64,000 nucleotides of DNA from a virus. A program made the position numbers and the translations under genes. This document shows positions 35,346 to 45,385 of the stretch, in pieces (positions within the stretch are counted from its first letter, which is position 1; each line of letters opens with the position of its first letter). The stretch is taken from the IMG/VR virus record IMGVR_UViG_3300007986_000012. One strand, given 5' to 3'. A model generated the notes under the pieces. It had not been told where the DNA came from. It saw nothing but the letters and a program-made list of their open reading frames with translations, and searched no databases.

Positions 35346-37500
35346 CTATTTTGGAGAATCCGTTTTTCAATTCAATTTTGATTTGATCTTTGAATGAATC
35401 TTTGATTTCGTCTCTATGCGAAATGATGAACATTGACAGTTTATTCTTTTCTGCTACCTCTTTCATCAGCTTTACGGTTTTTCTTACACCAACATTACTC
35501 AGACCGACATCTAGACATTCGTCTAGAATATACAAGTTGATGAAATTGTGCTTGGATTGTAGAACGTCTCTGAAGGCCAGAGAGAGGGCAATGTTTATCC
35601 GTGCCTTCTGTCCAGACGAAAGGCTCGTAAAGGTGATCTCACGGTCAAACTGGCCAATTTCCATGGAGAGGTCAGATTTGAACTTAGCCTTGTGAGGCAA
35701 ACCCATGGTGCTCAAATAATAGTGCAATCGTTCGTTTAGGAACGGCAGGTACTTGTCCATCAAAGCTTTTCTTACAAACGAGTCCTTCTTAGTTAAAAGC
35801 TTTAACAAGAATTCTTGATGTTTAACTGTTTTCTCAAGAGAGTCGATTTCTTCAGACTTGCTTTCCTTGACCCTAAAACCTTGTAAAGTTTCAAGTGATT
35901 TTTCATAAGGGTTTTCTTGTTCTACAAGGTATCCTTTTTTTTCTTTCGCTGATTCCATCTTGTTTTTGGCTTCGAAGAGTTCTCGTAGGGTACCGAATGA
36001 AGGACTATCAAAAGTCTTTCCCTTCTCTATTTCAATGTCGCTTTTTATTTTTCCAAGTTCTTTCAAGAGTGACTCTATCTCGTCATTTCTATTAGAATGA
36101 GGATTTTGTTCTACTTTTAATTCTTCGATAGTTTCTTTGACACCATCTCTAGCGTTCCGAAAACTTCCGACCATGAAGGGATGAGTGAATTCATTTGGTA
36201 TTTGATTTTTGATTTCCTCTAATCTAACAGTAGATTCGCTAATTGATTCTTCTATCTCCTGTGAGGTTTTCAGAGTTTTCTTGAGAACTTCAGAAAGAGT
36301 CTTCAATTCATCAACAACACTTTCGAGTTTATCTTTCGAGTCCTTGTAATCTTGAGAACAGTAAGGACATTTGGCGTTTTCCAAAGTCTTTTTTTCTTTT
36401 TCAAGTTCTTCTACTGCATCTAGACCTTCATCAAGGACCTTTTCCAACTTGCTCAGCTCTCTTTTCTTTTCCCCTATTTCCTTTTCCAGATTGTCTCTAT
36501 CCTGAAAGAGGATCAATATCTTGTCGAGATCTTCTTCAGAAAATCTCTCGTAATTGGTCAATTCTTTTTCAAGTTCAACAATTTTTTTAGCTTTATTCTC
36601 ATCATATGCTTCGAACTTCTTTTGTTCTTCTGTATAACGAGTCATAGTTCTGGATTCTTCTGTTAAAGAAGACTGTAGTTCCTTCAACAGTTTATTGTGT
36701 ACGTCTAGTTTTTCCAATAAGATTTCTTCCTTATCGAAATTGAATTTGCTATATTTTTCAATCAACTTTTCAACTTCTTCAATATCCAACTGGTGCTGAT
36801 GATTCCAAGATGCAATATTTTTTTCCGCTTCTTCCACACCCTTTTTGTGTCTGGCGTGTTCTTGTTTGATTTCTTCGTTGGAATCTTTGGCATATTTCAA
36901 ATCACTCTTACTGGATTTGATCTGTTCTTTTAAGGTTTCGGCCTTTTTTGTAAGTTCAGTATAGGAGAAAAGTTCTTCTATTACATCTCTCTGCTTAGCT
37001 AGAGGCATTTTTAAAAAAGATTCTTCGCTTGCAGCGTATGTTATGATCCTACTGAATATCTCGTATGGGACTTTGACAATTTCCTCGGCAATGTAAACAT
37101 TAGCATTCGAAATACTGTCTGGTGTTATGTCTTTCCCGTTCTTGACAATTTTAACACCACTACCGCCCATTGCTTTATTTTTTCTATATCTGCTTATTTT
37201 GTAGATATCTTCTTTTATTTTAAAGTCTATTTCCACAAGGAGATCCTTGTTGTTGATGTTGTTTATTAGGTTGTCTTTCTTTTCTGATTCTTTCCCTAGA
37301 GCCAGATCGTAAAGAGCGAAAGTTATTGCCATCAACAATGAACTTTTCCCGCACCCATTAGAGTCCATTTCTCCATTCACAGAAGCATCGTGGTTGATAC
37401 CAGTAATAAGGGTTGGATTCTTTCTCTGTAGATCTAAGCTAACGGCCTCATTCCCGTAGGACAGGAAATTTTGTAATGTCACTTTTTCAAATACAATCAT
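35338..37500 (-). CDS. gp46: Recombination endonuclease ATPase subunit, gp46 (SbcC/Rad50-like)
   Basis: QNFLSYGN, NGCGKSS, long coiled coil with CPYC hook, LSSGQKAR, ILDECLD, ISHR. Confidence 0.95.
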   Translation of the reverse strand: MIVFEKVTLQNFLSYGNEAVSLDLQRKNPTLITGINHDASVNGEMDSNGCGKSSLLMAITFALYDLALGKESEKKDNLINNINNKDLLVEIDFKIKEDIYKISRYRKNKAMGGSGVKIVKNGKDITPDSISNANVYIAEEIVKVPYEIFSRIITYAASEESFLKMPLAKQRDVIEELFSYTELTKKAETLKEQIKSSKSDLKYAKDSNEEIKQEHARHKKGVEEAEKNIASWNHQHQLDIEEVEKLIEKYSKFNFDKEEILLEKLDVHNKLLKELQSSLTEESRTMTRYTEEQKKFEAYDENKAKKIVELEKELTNYERFSEEDLDKILILFQDRDNLEKEIGEKKRELSKLEKVLDEGLDAVEELEKEKKTLENAKCPYCSQDYKDSKDKLESVVDELKTLSEVLKKTLKTSQEIEESISESTVRLEEIKNQIPNEFTHPFMVGSFRNARDGVKETIEELKVEQNPHSNRNDEIESLLKELGKIKSDIEIEKGKTFDSPSFGTLRELFEAKNKMESAKEKKGYLVEQENPYEKSLETLQGFRVKESKSEEIDSLEKTVKHQEFLLKLLTKKDSFVRKALMDKYLPFLNERLHYYLSTMGLPHKAKFKSDLSMEIGQFDREITFTSLSSGQKARINIALSLAFRDVLQSKHNFINLYILDECLDVGLSNVGVRKTVKLMKEVAEKNKLSMFIISHRDEIKDSFKDQIKIELKNGFSKIVT

Positions 37501-38546
37501 TATAAACCTCTGTAAATTTTTTTAAGTTCTTCAGATTCAATTTCTTCAGCCTTGATTTTTCCTAACAGGGCTAAAACTATTTCGTCCGTACTTTCCGACT
37601 CCAAGTCTTCCTCGTCTATGTCTTCGCTGATCTTATAATCATCGACAGGCTCTTCCATTTTCAGTTCCCTGAGAGAGTATTTGTTGATAAGAACTTCCTT
37701 GATATGCAGAATATCTTCGAAACCCAAGTCTTTCTCATCAACCAGACAGGTTACAGTTGCCTTGGGTCTAAGATAATCTTTCGGATTCTCCAGAAGATCA
37801 CTTAGAGAACATCTGATGTAGGTTGGTGCTTCTTCCCAATCAATGTATTTTAGATTATCATTTTCGAAATCGTAGATCGCCATACCACGTTCTGTTTGAT
37901 TGGCGTCACTATAGTCCATCGGGAAAGTATTGCCAATATAATGAACGTTTTTCTTTTCCTGTCTTTTGTGGAAGTGGCCGGTGAATATCCGATCAGGCCC
38001 CCTGAAATCTTCTTGATCGGGTCCGTGTTCTAGAACCTTGGTTTCTCCCGTCAAAACGAATCCCTTGAACTCAAAGTGTCCAAAGACTACGTCATGAGAG
38101 TTGATCACCACAATTTGTTCAGCATATTCTTCTTCGAAAAGATACGGACAGAAAAGAATACTCTTGTTGCCGATTTTGACACTTATATTATCATCCACCA
38201 GAATTAGATTACCAAATGGTTCAAAAATTACAGTGTTAAAAGAGTTACGATTGTTTCTGTAGACTAAATCATGATTTCCTACGATTAGAAAAAATGGAAG
38301 TTTCAGTTCTTCGACCAACTGTTTAATTATTTTGTGTGATCGGTCTAGGGTTTTTCCTGTGATAGCATCTCGGTGTTCAAACCAATCACCACAAAATACA
38401 ATTATGTCAACCTTTTCTTTTTTACAATTGTCTATAAACCAGTCAATGTAATCTTGACAATCATTCAAATGAACATCACTACTGTTTTTTCTACCTAGAT
38501 GGATGTCGGTGAACATTGCAGCTTTTTTTACATTATTCAGATTCAT
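37500..38546 (-). CDS. gp47: Recombination endonuclease nuclease subunit, gp47 (SbcD/Mre11-like); start revised to 38546
   Basis: FTDIHLG, GDWFEHR, VGNHD, FGHFE, TGHFH; AGGAG 6 nt before the ATG at 38546. Confidence 0.95.
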   Translation of the reverse strand: MNLNNVKKAAMFTDIHLGRKNSSDVHLNDCQDYIDWFIDNCKKEKVDIIVFCGDWFEHRDAITGKTLDRSHKIIKQLVEELKLPFFLIVGNHDLVYRNNRNSFNTVIFEPFGNLILVDDNISVKIGNKSILFCPYLFEEEYAEQIVVINSHDVVFGHFEFKGFVLTGETKVLEHGPDQEDFRGPDRIFTGHFHKRQEKKNVHYIGNTFPMDYSDANQTERGMAIYDFENDNLKYIDWEEAPTYIRCSLSDLLENPKDYLRPKATVTCLVDEKDLGFEDILHIKEVLINKYSLRELKMEEPVDDYKISEDIDEEDLESESTDEIVLALLGKIKAEEIESEELKKIYRGL

Positions 38547-39210
38547 ATTCATCTCCTGAATATTGTTTGTATGTCGGATCGTAGATCGACGAAAGTTCAC
38601 TTATCTCTCTTTTTAGGAACTCGCAAACAGAAACTTTATTTTCCCTGTCCTCTTCCTTTTTCAAAATGGTTGATACCATATCTCGGTGGATATTTCTAGT
38701 CGCTTCTTTGTCTTCTACAACTCTGGCAATTTCTCGCATCAATAGATTTTTGAAACGTTCGGAAATTTTCTTTTTGGCAACAGACTCTAGATATGCTTCC
38801 TCTAGTTCCATTTCTCTGAAATCTTCTTCGTAGGTGTGTGATGGAAGTTCTCCCTCTTTCAATAATAAAGCATCTTTGATATTTCTTTGTGATTTTTCTG
38901 AATCTAAAAATTGCCAAAAAGCCCGTTTAATGGTCTGGGTGAAATATGCAAAAGGGTTGTAGTATGTATTTGGGTCAAAGCTGTCCCAGCCCCTACACAC
39001 AATTGTAAAGGCATATGATTCCATATCCTCACGATATGTGTAACTTGCATAACTACCCTGAGACGAATATCGTTTGGCTAGTATCATGATCATCTCGCCA
39101 AAACGCTCAGTCATTCTGCCTTGTGTTTTGCTCTTGATAACTTCTTCAAGCATTTCTTTGTTATTGATGTAATATTGATCTTTTTTTGTTTTTCTTTTTC
39201 TTGTAGTCAT
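38533..39210 (-). CDS. gp55: Late-transcription sigma factor, T4 gp55-like
   Basis: YYINNKEMLEE, YTYREDM, FDP..YNPFAYFTQ.IKRAF..FLDSEK; 55-47-46 synteny as in T4. Confidence 0.9.
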   Translation of the reverse strand: MTTRKRKTKKDQYYINNKEMLEEVIKSKTQGRMTERFGEMIMILAKRYSSQGSYASYTYREDMESYAFTIVCRGWDSFDPNTYYNPFAYFTQTIKRAFWQFLDSEKSQRNIKDALLLKEGELPSHTYEEDFREMELEEAYLESVAKKKISERFKNLLMREIARVVEDKEATRNIHRDMVSTILKKEEDRENKVSVCEFLKREISELSSIYDPTYKQYSGDEYESE

Positions 39211-39248
39211 GTTTAATTCTCGACAGTAAGTTGCTATATTTACAAAGT

Positions 39249-39277
39249 ATTATATGGTCTTGAATGAATTATTCCAA
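39249..39277 (-). promoter_or_regulatory. sigma70-like promoter for gp55-47-46 (TTGGAA-17 nt-TATAAT)
   Basis: Read on the minus strand upstream of 39210. Confidence 0.55.
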
Positions 39278-39285
39278 ACATGTTA

Positions 39286-39293
39286 TATAAATA
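39286..39293 (+). promoter_or_regulatory. Late promoter TATAAATA
   Basis: Exact motif upstream of the TTG start at 39321. Confidence 0.7.
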
Positions 39294-39320
39294 TCTTCGA
39301 AATAATTTTGATTATTAAAA

Positions 39321-42300
39321 TTGGATAAGCAAGCGGCAAACCAACTAATACTCGCCATAAACGAGTTAAATCGCAGATTGGGTATGATGGGTGCAAATCA
39401 ACGCCCCGGCTGGATGCGCGATGGTGATTCTAACGCCAGATACGGTGGGACGGATTCCAGCGGAGAGAAACTGCTGGATAAGATGCGTGAACAGCGCAAG
39501 GTTTTCGACGATACCACTAAAGTACAAACTAGATTTATGCGAACCATGGCAGAGGGTGTTCCAATTATTGGAAACATCGTGAAGGTTATCGGCAAACAGA
39601 CCGAGGATTTGAAAATGTCAATGCGCGGTCAATCTGATGCTTATAAAAATGCCGCTCTCGCGACCGAAGAATACGCATACAGGGTGGGGCAGAATAGTGA
39701 CGATCTTTATACTATTCATCAAACCCTATCCAATGTTCAAAAGAAAGCGTCAGATCTTGCAAAGATTGTCCAAAATAGAGCAAGTATAGAAAAAAGAATC
39801 TCCGAAAACGCAAAAACAGCAAAAATAGGCGCACAGAAAGTCAAATTGGAAAAAGATCTTTCGAATATTTCAGAGGTGTTGAAAGAAGCCCAGAAGAAAC
39901 TTAGGTTGGAAAAAAACGCTCCGGTGGAGGGTAACATCAAAGAAATCATTAAAGATCTAAAGGAACTGAAGAAAGTTCCTGATCTGTTTTCTGATATTAA
40001 AGATGAGTTGGCCAAGAAAGACGTTCAAGAAGCGATAAGAAAAGATCAATCACTAGCAGCCATCATGAAACCTATTGTGGATGGGTTGGGTAAAGATGTA
40101 GGAGAGGCTTCTGATAACATCAAAGAATACTCCAAATCTATTAATGAAACCGTGAAAGGAAGTTTCAATACGTTAGCTGGAATAATGCAAAAAAGTTTGG
40201 ATGATGTTGTACAATCCAGAAATGATTTGAACAATACTCTTTCTAATTTGGGAGCCTCTATTGCTGCATCCGTGGGGGTGGCGGCTAAACAAGAAGCCGT
40301 AATGTTTATGGAGCGCCAGAGGCTGACTGGATCAACCACAAGTACAGCCATGCGAGGGGAAGCCATTACGATGGGGGTTTCTGAAACAGAACTACTGACT
40401 TCACTCGCAGAGAATAGATTTCAGATGAGAAGACTAGGACAGGCTGAAGGATTCGGTGGGGCCGCGGAATTTATGGAGTCTTCGGCGTTCGAACAGATGA
40501 GACAAACCGCATACGAAATGGGATACACCGGAAAAGCAGCGTTGGATGCTATCATGCAAACTACTGATGTACTTAGAAGAGTCGGTGCAGATTCTAGTGT
40601 ACAAGCGGTTTCTTCTACAATAAAATTCATCAAAGAAACACATAAAGAGTTGGGCGTGTCACAAGAAGAAATGGCCGGTTTCTTTAGTGATATGATGAAA
40701 GATACAGAAGGTTTGAGATTATTGGCCGGGGCCCGTGACGGTGGGGGATTTGCTTCTATCGAGGCAATGAATGAAGAAATTGAAATGAGAGGAAAACTGG
40801 CACGGGTATTAAATCAAGATTTGGAGATTCAAAAGAAAAGATTGAATGAGCAGAAATCATTGGCGTTCGGTGATCCAGCAGAAGCACTCAGACGGTCTAT
40901 AGGGGGTAGTATTCTAGCTAGACAGGTGGGCATGCCGTCGGAGGATGCAAACTTGCTTCGTCGCTACATGACATCCGGGGGTCAGGATATGAACGAACCA
41001 GACCTATTGAGGGCTAAAATAGCCAGAGAGAATATCGAGATACTTACTGGTAAAGCTCTTTCAGAGGCTGCAACAAAGGGAGAGGCGGGGTTTGGTGAGA
41101 GAGCACTTCTTACTGCATTCATGGGCCAACTCGGACTTGATGTTGATAGTGCGCTTGGTGCATACACCAGATCGGGTGGTGGAAAACTTATTACTAATGA
41201 GGAACAACTTCTTGCGGCAGAAGCGGCTAGAACCCAAGAACCCGTTGAACCCGTGGGTCCGGCCATGAAGACCGCCATTGGGGCAATAGAGACTGCCCAA
41301 GGTGTTTTAAAATCTAGTATCGGACAGGCCGCTGCGGTAATTACTGGTTCTATAGTTACGACATCTGGGGGTATAATAGCATCAATCTTTGCAACCAGAA
41401 TGGGGCTAGGACTTTCACCTCTAGGTCGCGCGGGTGGAGCGATTTCTAGGGCAGGTGGCGCAGTCGTGGGTGCTGCTAAGAGGATTGGGGTGCGTGGCGC
41501 AATACGGGGTCTAGGTCGAGCATCGGTTCCGGTTTCTGTGGGGTTTTTGGCACATGATGTATACAAAGGCGTAAATGCCGGAATGTCTATCAGATCGTCT
41601 CGACAGGCAGAAACCCGAGCCAGACGGGGGTCAATAGGTTCTCTGGATAGAATGATTTCAACTATGCAAGAACGGGGACTTACTCACCACCCCAACGGAA
41701 GAAGCCTCGAAGAAATGATCGCCATGCGCAACCAACTGGCAGGAAGCAAAGGACCAGACACTGCTTCTGCGAATAGTATACCTAGCTTGATTGGCGTGTC
41801 CAATGATCCTACAATCCAACGAATTTTAAACGAAACTGGTCCGGGGAAGAGTTCAACACGACCCCCATCCAGTAGTCTACTTAGTGGAGAACACCAGATT
41901 CAACTTTCTTCGGCATTTAGAGGCGGGGAAGCCATAACATTGGCAGAAATGATGTCATCTTCTCGTAGACCGACAGACCCAAATTCAACATGGGGGGCTG
42001 ACATTGGCTTGGACGACAGACAGGGTATGAGAAAGTTGGCAGAGGATGGAATTATCAATTTTTCACAAAGCTCTGATTTTTCTAATACAACAGATATTGC
42101 GGGTTTGCGGGAAATGAAAGAATATCTTGAAGAAGACGGAAGCTTGGAACGTACCGGAGAACGAGAAGCAGTAGAGATGATACGAGAAAAACTAGATCAA
42201 TTGATTGGTGTAAACGAGGAGGGCAACCAAATAACCCTATCGACAGCGGATAAAGAATTCCGTGCAAGAAGAGAAATGAGCGAGGAGGACCAACGGAAAG

Positions 42301-42377
42301 CCGTAGACGAAGGTATTAATAGTGTAGTATCTACACAACTAGAAAACGCTCGCCGAAGAGCAGCTTCATATTCGTAA
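39321..42377 (+). CDS. Probable tape measure protein (1018 aa)
   Basis: Long Ala/Gly-rich helical protein with a hydrophobic segment and GGAISRAGGAVVGAAK-type repeats; late promoter. Confidence 0.6.
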   Translation: MDKQAANQLILAINELNRRLGMMGANQRPGWMRDGDSNARYGGTDSSGEKLLDKMREQRKVFDDTTKVQTRFMRTMAEGVPIIGNIVKVIGKQTEDLKMSMRGQSDAYKNAALATEEYAYRVGQNSDDLYTIHQTLSNVQKKASDLAKIVQNRASIEKRISENAKTAKIGAQKVKLEKDLSNISEVLKEAQKKLRLEKNAPVEGNIKEIIKDLKELKKVPDLFSDIKDELAKKDVQEAIRKDQSLAAIMKPIVDGLGKDVGEASDNIKEYSKSINETVKGSFNTLAGIMQKSLDDVVQSRNDLNNTLSNLGASIAASVGVAAKQEAVMFMERQRLTGSTTSTAMRGEAITMGVSETELLTSLAENRFQMRRLGQAEGFGGAAEFMESSAFEQMRQTAYEMGYTGKAALDAIMQTTDVLRRVGADSSVQAVSSTIKFIKETHKELGVSQEEMAGFFSDMMKDTEGLRLLAGARDGGGFASIEAMNEEIEMRGKLARVLNQDLEIQKKRLNEQKSLAFGDPAEALRRSIGGSILARQVGMPSEDANLLRRYMTSGGQDMNEPDLLRAKIARENIEILTGKALSEAATKGEAGFGERALLTAFMGQLGLDVDSALGAYTRSGGGKLITNEEQLLAAEAARTQEPVEPVGPAMKTAIGAIETAQGVLKSSIGQAAAVITGSIVTTSGGIIASIFATRMGLGLSPLGRAGGAISRAGGAVVGAAKRIGVRGAIRGLGRASVPVSVGFLAHDVYKGVNAGMSIRSSRQAETRARRGSIGSLDRMISTMQERGLTHHPNGRSLEEMIAMRNQLAGSKGPDTASANSIPSLIGVSNDPTIQRILNETGPGKSSTRPPSSSLLSGEHQIQLSSAFRGGEAITLAEMMSSSRRPTDPNSTWGADIGLDDRQGMRKLAEDGIINFSQSSDFSNTTDIAGLREMKEYLEEDGSLERTGEREAVEMIREKLDQLIGVNEEGNQITLSTADKEFRARREMSEEDQRKAVDEGINSVVSTQLENARRRAASYS

Positions 42378-42442
42378 CAGCTTCATTGGTGTTCATATAA
42401 TTCATTGTTAAATAAATAGGTTGTATAGAATTTAAAAAACAC

Positions 42443-44173
42443 ATGAAAGCAAGCAAGTTTTACAAGATCGTACGCCCGATGGGTCGGGATTCCGAGGTCA
42501 TAGATAACCAATCTGCTTATGGTGGCGGAGGTGGGCTTTTTGGAAAGTCTTCATGGTACAATAGAATCGTAAATGGTTCGGCAAATAGAAAGGGTCGTTA
42601 CCGCGAATATGACATCATGGATAGTGACTCAGACGTCGCTTTGGCTTTGGACTACATTGCGGAAGAAATGTGTGGGAATGCCACGAAAGGAAAAGATATT
42701 CTAAAGTTGGAGATGATGACTGAACCCTCCCAGAAGGTATCCAACACTACTATCCTCACATTGAAAGCAGCACTGAAAACATTCACCGCCCTGCATCAAT
42801 TAGAGGGTGATCGTCTATTCAACATATGTAGAAACACGATCAAATATGGAGACAGTTTCTATCTCCGTTCTCGAAAAACGAACGGGCGATGGATGTTTAT
42901 TCCAGCCAAAAACATCGATGCCGCTATCACTGACAAATATGATCTAACGCATGTTAAGGCGTGGATGGTTAGAAGCGATTACAACAATGAGGTCAACGAC
43001 AACACGGGAGTGTTCAACTATTCTAGCGTATACGCGGGACAAGATACAAACCAAGCACAGCCCTATCGGGCCTCTGATGTCGTTAGGTTTTCTTTGTTCG
43101 ACGAGACCAGCGAAGAAATGCCTTTCGGTCTTTCTATACTTCGTTCGATATACAAAGTGTTTAAACAAAAAGAACTGTTGGAAGACGCTATAGTTATCTA
43201 CAGAATCCAACGAGCGCCGGAGCGCAGAGCATTCTACATCGATGTTGGTAGAGCACATCCACATGAAGTAAAAACCATTCTAGAAAAGGTCAAGAACGAT
43301 TTTAGACAGAAGAGGATACCGTCGCAGATAGGGGGACAAAACCAAGTTGATGCAATTTATAATCCACAGTCCATGCAAGAAGATTTCTTTTTGGCCGTTA
43401 GACCGAACGGTGGTGGAACAAAAATTGAAACACTACCGGGGGGACAGAACCTCGGAAACTTAGATGACCTACACATTTTCTTCCGAAAGATCTGGAGAGG
43501 ATTGAAAATACCACAAAGTTACATTAACACCTTAGAGGGTGACGGCGGCACTGGTAATTTCAATGACGGTAAGGTTGGCATTGCTATGATGCAAGAAATT
43601 AAATTTAGTCTATACATCGAAAGACTACAGAGTTCAATAGAACGAACATTGGACGAAGAGTTCAAAAGATTCGTTTATGAAAACAATTTGAACATCGACC
43701 CATCTTTGTATTGCATCAAATTACCGGAACCGAGTAATTTTAAGAAGAACAGAGACCAAGAGATTGATGCTGCTCTTATTGGTGTATACACCAGCATTTC
43801 TGGTGACAAGACGATCTCTAACCGCTTCGCGCTTAGAAAATATCTACAACTCACAGATGAAGAAATGGCTCTCAATGAGAGATTGCTTCGTGAAGAAAAA
43901 GGACTACCTGTTGATGGTGGTCGTGAGGACATCCCAAAGCTTTACAATGAAGAAGGTGCTGAAGCGGGCGGATTCGAGGGTGGCCTCGGTGGAATGGCAG
44001 CAGGTGGCGGTGCTTTTGGCGGTGCGGGAGGTCTTGATGGTCTAGATGACATGGAAGAACCCCCGTCCGGAGGTGGCGGTCTTGAGGGTGAAGGGGTTGG
44101 GGCTGACGAAGAGGTTGGTGGAGAGACTCCCCCAGAACAACAACCACCCACCCAAAAATCTCCCGCGTTTTAA
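42443..44173 (+). CDS. gp20: Portal protein, T4 gp20-like
   Basis: RYREYDIMD, DAIVIYRIQRAPERRAFYIDVG, QSMQEDFF, GTKIETLPGGQNLG; Gly/acidic C-terminal tail. Confidence 0.95.
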   Translation: MKASKFYKIVRPMGRDSEVIDNQSAYGGGGGLFGKSSWYNRIVNGSANRKGRYREYDIMDSDSDVALALDYIAEEMCGNATKGKDILKLEMMTEPSQKVSNTTILTLKAALKTFTALHQLEGDRLFNICRNTIKYGDSFYLRSRKTNGRWMFIPAKNIDAAITDKYDLTHVKAWMVRSDYNNEVNDNTGVFNYSSVYAGQDTNQAQPYRASDVVRFSLFDETSEEMPFGLSILRSIYKVFKQKELLEDAIVIYRIQRAPERRAFYIDVGRAHPHEVKTILEKVKNDFRQKRIPSQIGGQNQVDAIYNPQSMQEDFFLAVRPNGGGTKIETLPGGQNLGNLDDLHIFFRKIWRGLKIPQSYINTLEGDGGTGNFNDGKVGIAMMQEIKFSLYIERLQSSIERTLDEEFKRFVYENNLNIDPSLYCIKLPEPSNFKKNRDQEIDAALIGVYTSISGDKTISNRFALRKYLQLTDEEMALNERLLREEKGLPVDGGREDIPKLYNEEGAEAGGFEGGLGGMAAGGGAFGGAGGLDGLDDMEEPPSGGGGLEGEGVGADEEVGGETPPEQQPPTQKSPAF

Positions 44174-44241
44174 TAAATTGGGTTTTAAGTTCAATAAATA
44201 GTATTGAAAATCAATAAGACAATTCGAAATAGGAGTTTTTT

Positions 44242-44952
44242 ATGTCTATTAACAAATTTTACAACAGTTTTGTTCAAAAGCGTTCCACAGGTGAATTGAA
44301 TGAAACAGAAGACTTGGACTCGTTGTTTAACGAGTACCTAACAGAAAAGATGGCGGGCCTTTTGGTAGAAGATCATGAAAAGTCTATGACTGCCGAACAA
44401 ATGGCAGCACATATCAAGAAGCTATTTAAAATGTGTGATGATGAAGCAACCGAGAGTAAATTTTTGAAGCGCCTAGGCAAAGCTGCCGATGTGGAAGATT
44501 GCAAGGAAAAGGATATTACCACATGTGCCAAAAAGCTTTGCGACATGGACGATGAAAAGTGTGATGATATGATTCATGAATTAGAAGGCATGGTTGATTA
44601 CACTTATGAGTCCAAAAAGGAAAAGCCAGAAGAATCTGACGAGAAAGAAAAAGACAAAAAAAAAATTGATGAAGGGGTGTCAGTAGGCTCAGTCGTTAAG
44701 ACTATGAACGGAAAGCATATGGTGGTTATTGGTGATATGGGGGAGGGCGACGTAACTGCTGTTCGCCTACATCATGGAAAACCCTTATACAGAACGCAAA
44801 TCAACTTGCGTAGTAGCGAATACGTTCCCACCGGGGAAACAGTTCCTGTAATGTCTAAGAAAGACCTGAAGGATCGAGAAAACTCTATTATGGACAAGAG
44901 AAAGGATCATGTGGAATATGGTCACCGTACAGTAGGATCTTTTAACTTCTAA
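44242..44952 (+). CDS. Hypothetical prohead/internal protein
   Basis: Between portal and protease; several L/I-x-E sites (LNE, LTE, LVE, IDE); Cys-rich middle. Confidence 0.7.
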   Translation: MSINKFYNSFVQKRSTGELNETEDLDSLFNEYLTEKMAGLLVEDHEKSMTAEQMAAHIKKLFKMCDDEATESKFLKRLGKAADVEDCKEKDITTCAKKLCDMDDEKCDDMIHELEGMVDYTYESKKEKPEESDEKEKDKKKIDEGVSVGSVVKTMNGKHMVVIGDMGEGDVTAVRLHHGKPLYRTQINLRSSEYVPTGETVPVMSKKDLKDRENSIMDKRKDHVEYGHRTVGSFNF

Positions 44953-44954
44953 AA

Positions 44955-45125
44955 ATGAAGATCTCTATCGTTCTAGAAGCATTGGACAGGAACAGGGCCG
45001 CTTGGGGAGATCCCATTCCAAACTTCATGGAAAAGAAGAAAGTAAAAAGCAGAGAAAAGAAGCTTCCAAAATTGGGAGCTTCTGTCTACGGTGTTGATCA
45101 CGACAGCGGAGGTTCAAACGAATGA
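44955..45125 (+). CDS. Small basic protein (56 aa, MKISIVLEA...), below the ORF-track cutoff
   Basis: Translated by hand; fills the gap and overlaps the next start as ATGA. Confidence 0.7.
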   Translation: MKISIVLEALDRNRAAWGDPIPNFMEKKKVKSREKKLPKLGASVYGVDHDSGGSNE

Positions 45126-45346
45126 AAAAGAAACTTTCACTCCAAAGAGAAATACTAGAGCGTATCGATTATTTTAATTATCTTGACCCAGATAGTTTGT
45201 GTGCAGATTGTAAAGAAAAAGATCAAAAAAAAGACGACAAGGAAGAGGAAGAAACTTCGGAAGAAGAACTTTCTAGTGTCAAAAAATATTCTAAACCGGC
45301 AGATGTTAGACGATATCTTCAATATGTTAATGCTAAGAACGATTAA
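45122..45346 (+). CDS. Small charged hypothetical protein
   Basis: Translationally coupled; CADC motif; in the head gene cluster. Confidence 0.65.
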   Translation: MKKKLSLQREILERIDYFNYLDPDSLCADCKEKDQKKDDKEEEETSEEELSSVKKYSKPADVRRYLQYVNAKND

Positions 45347-45347
45347 C

Positions 45348-45355
45348 TATAAATA
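45348..45355 (+). promoter_or_regulatory. Late promoter TATAAATA
   Basis: Exact motif upstream of 45386. Confidence 0.7.
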
Positions 45356-45385
45356 ATTACTGAATTCAACCAAACAGGTGTTACT

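Noticed and set aside
43900-44160. Multiple overlapping Pro/Ser-rich antisense ORFs
   Set aside because: By-products of the GC-rich Gly/Glu low-complexity portal tail
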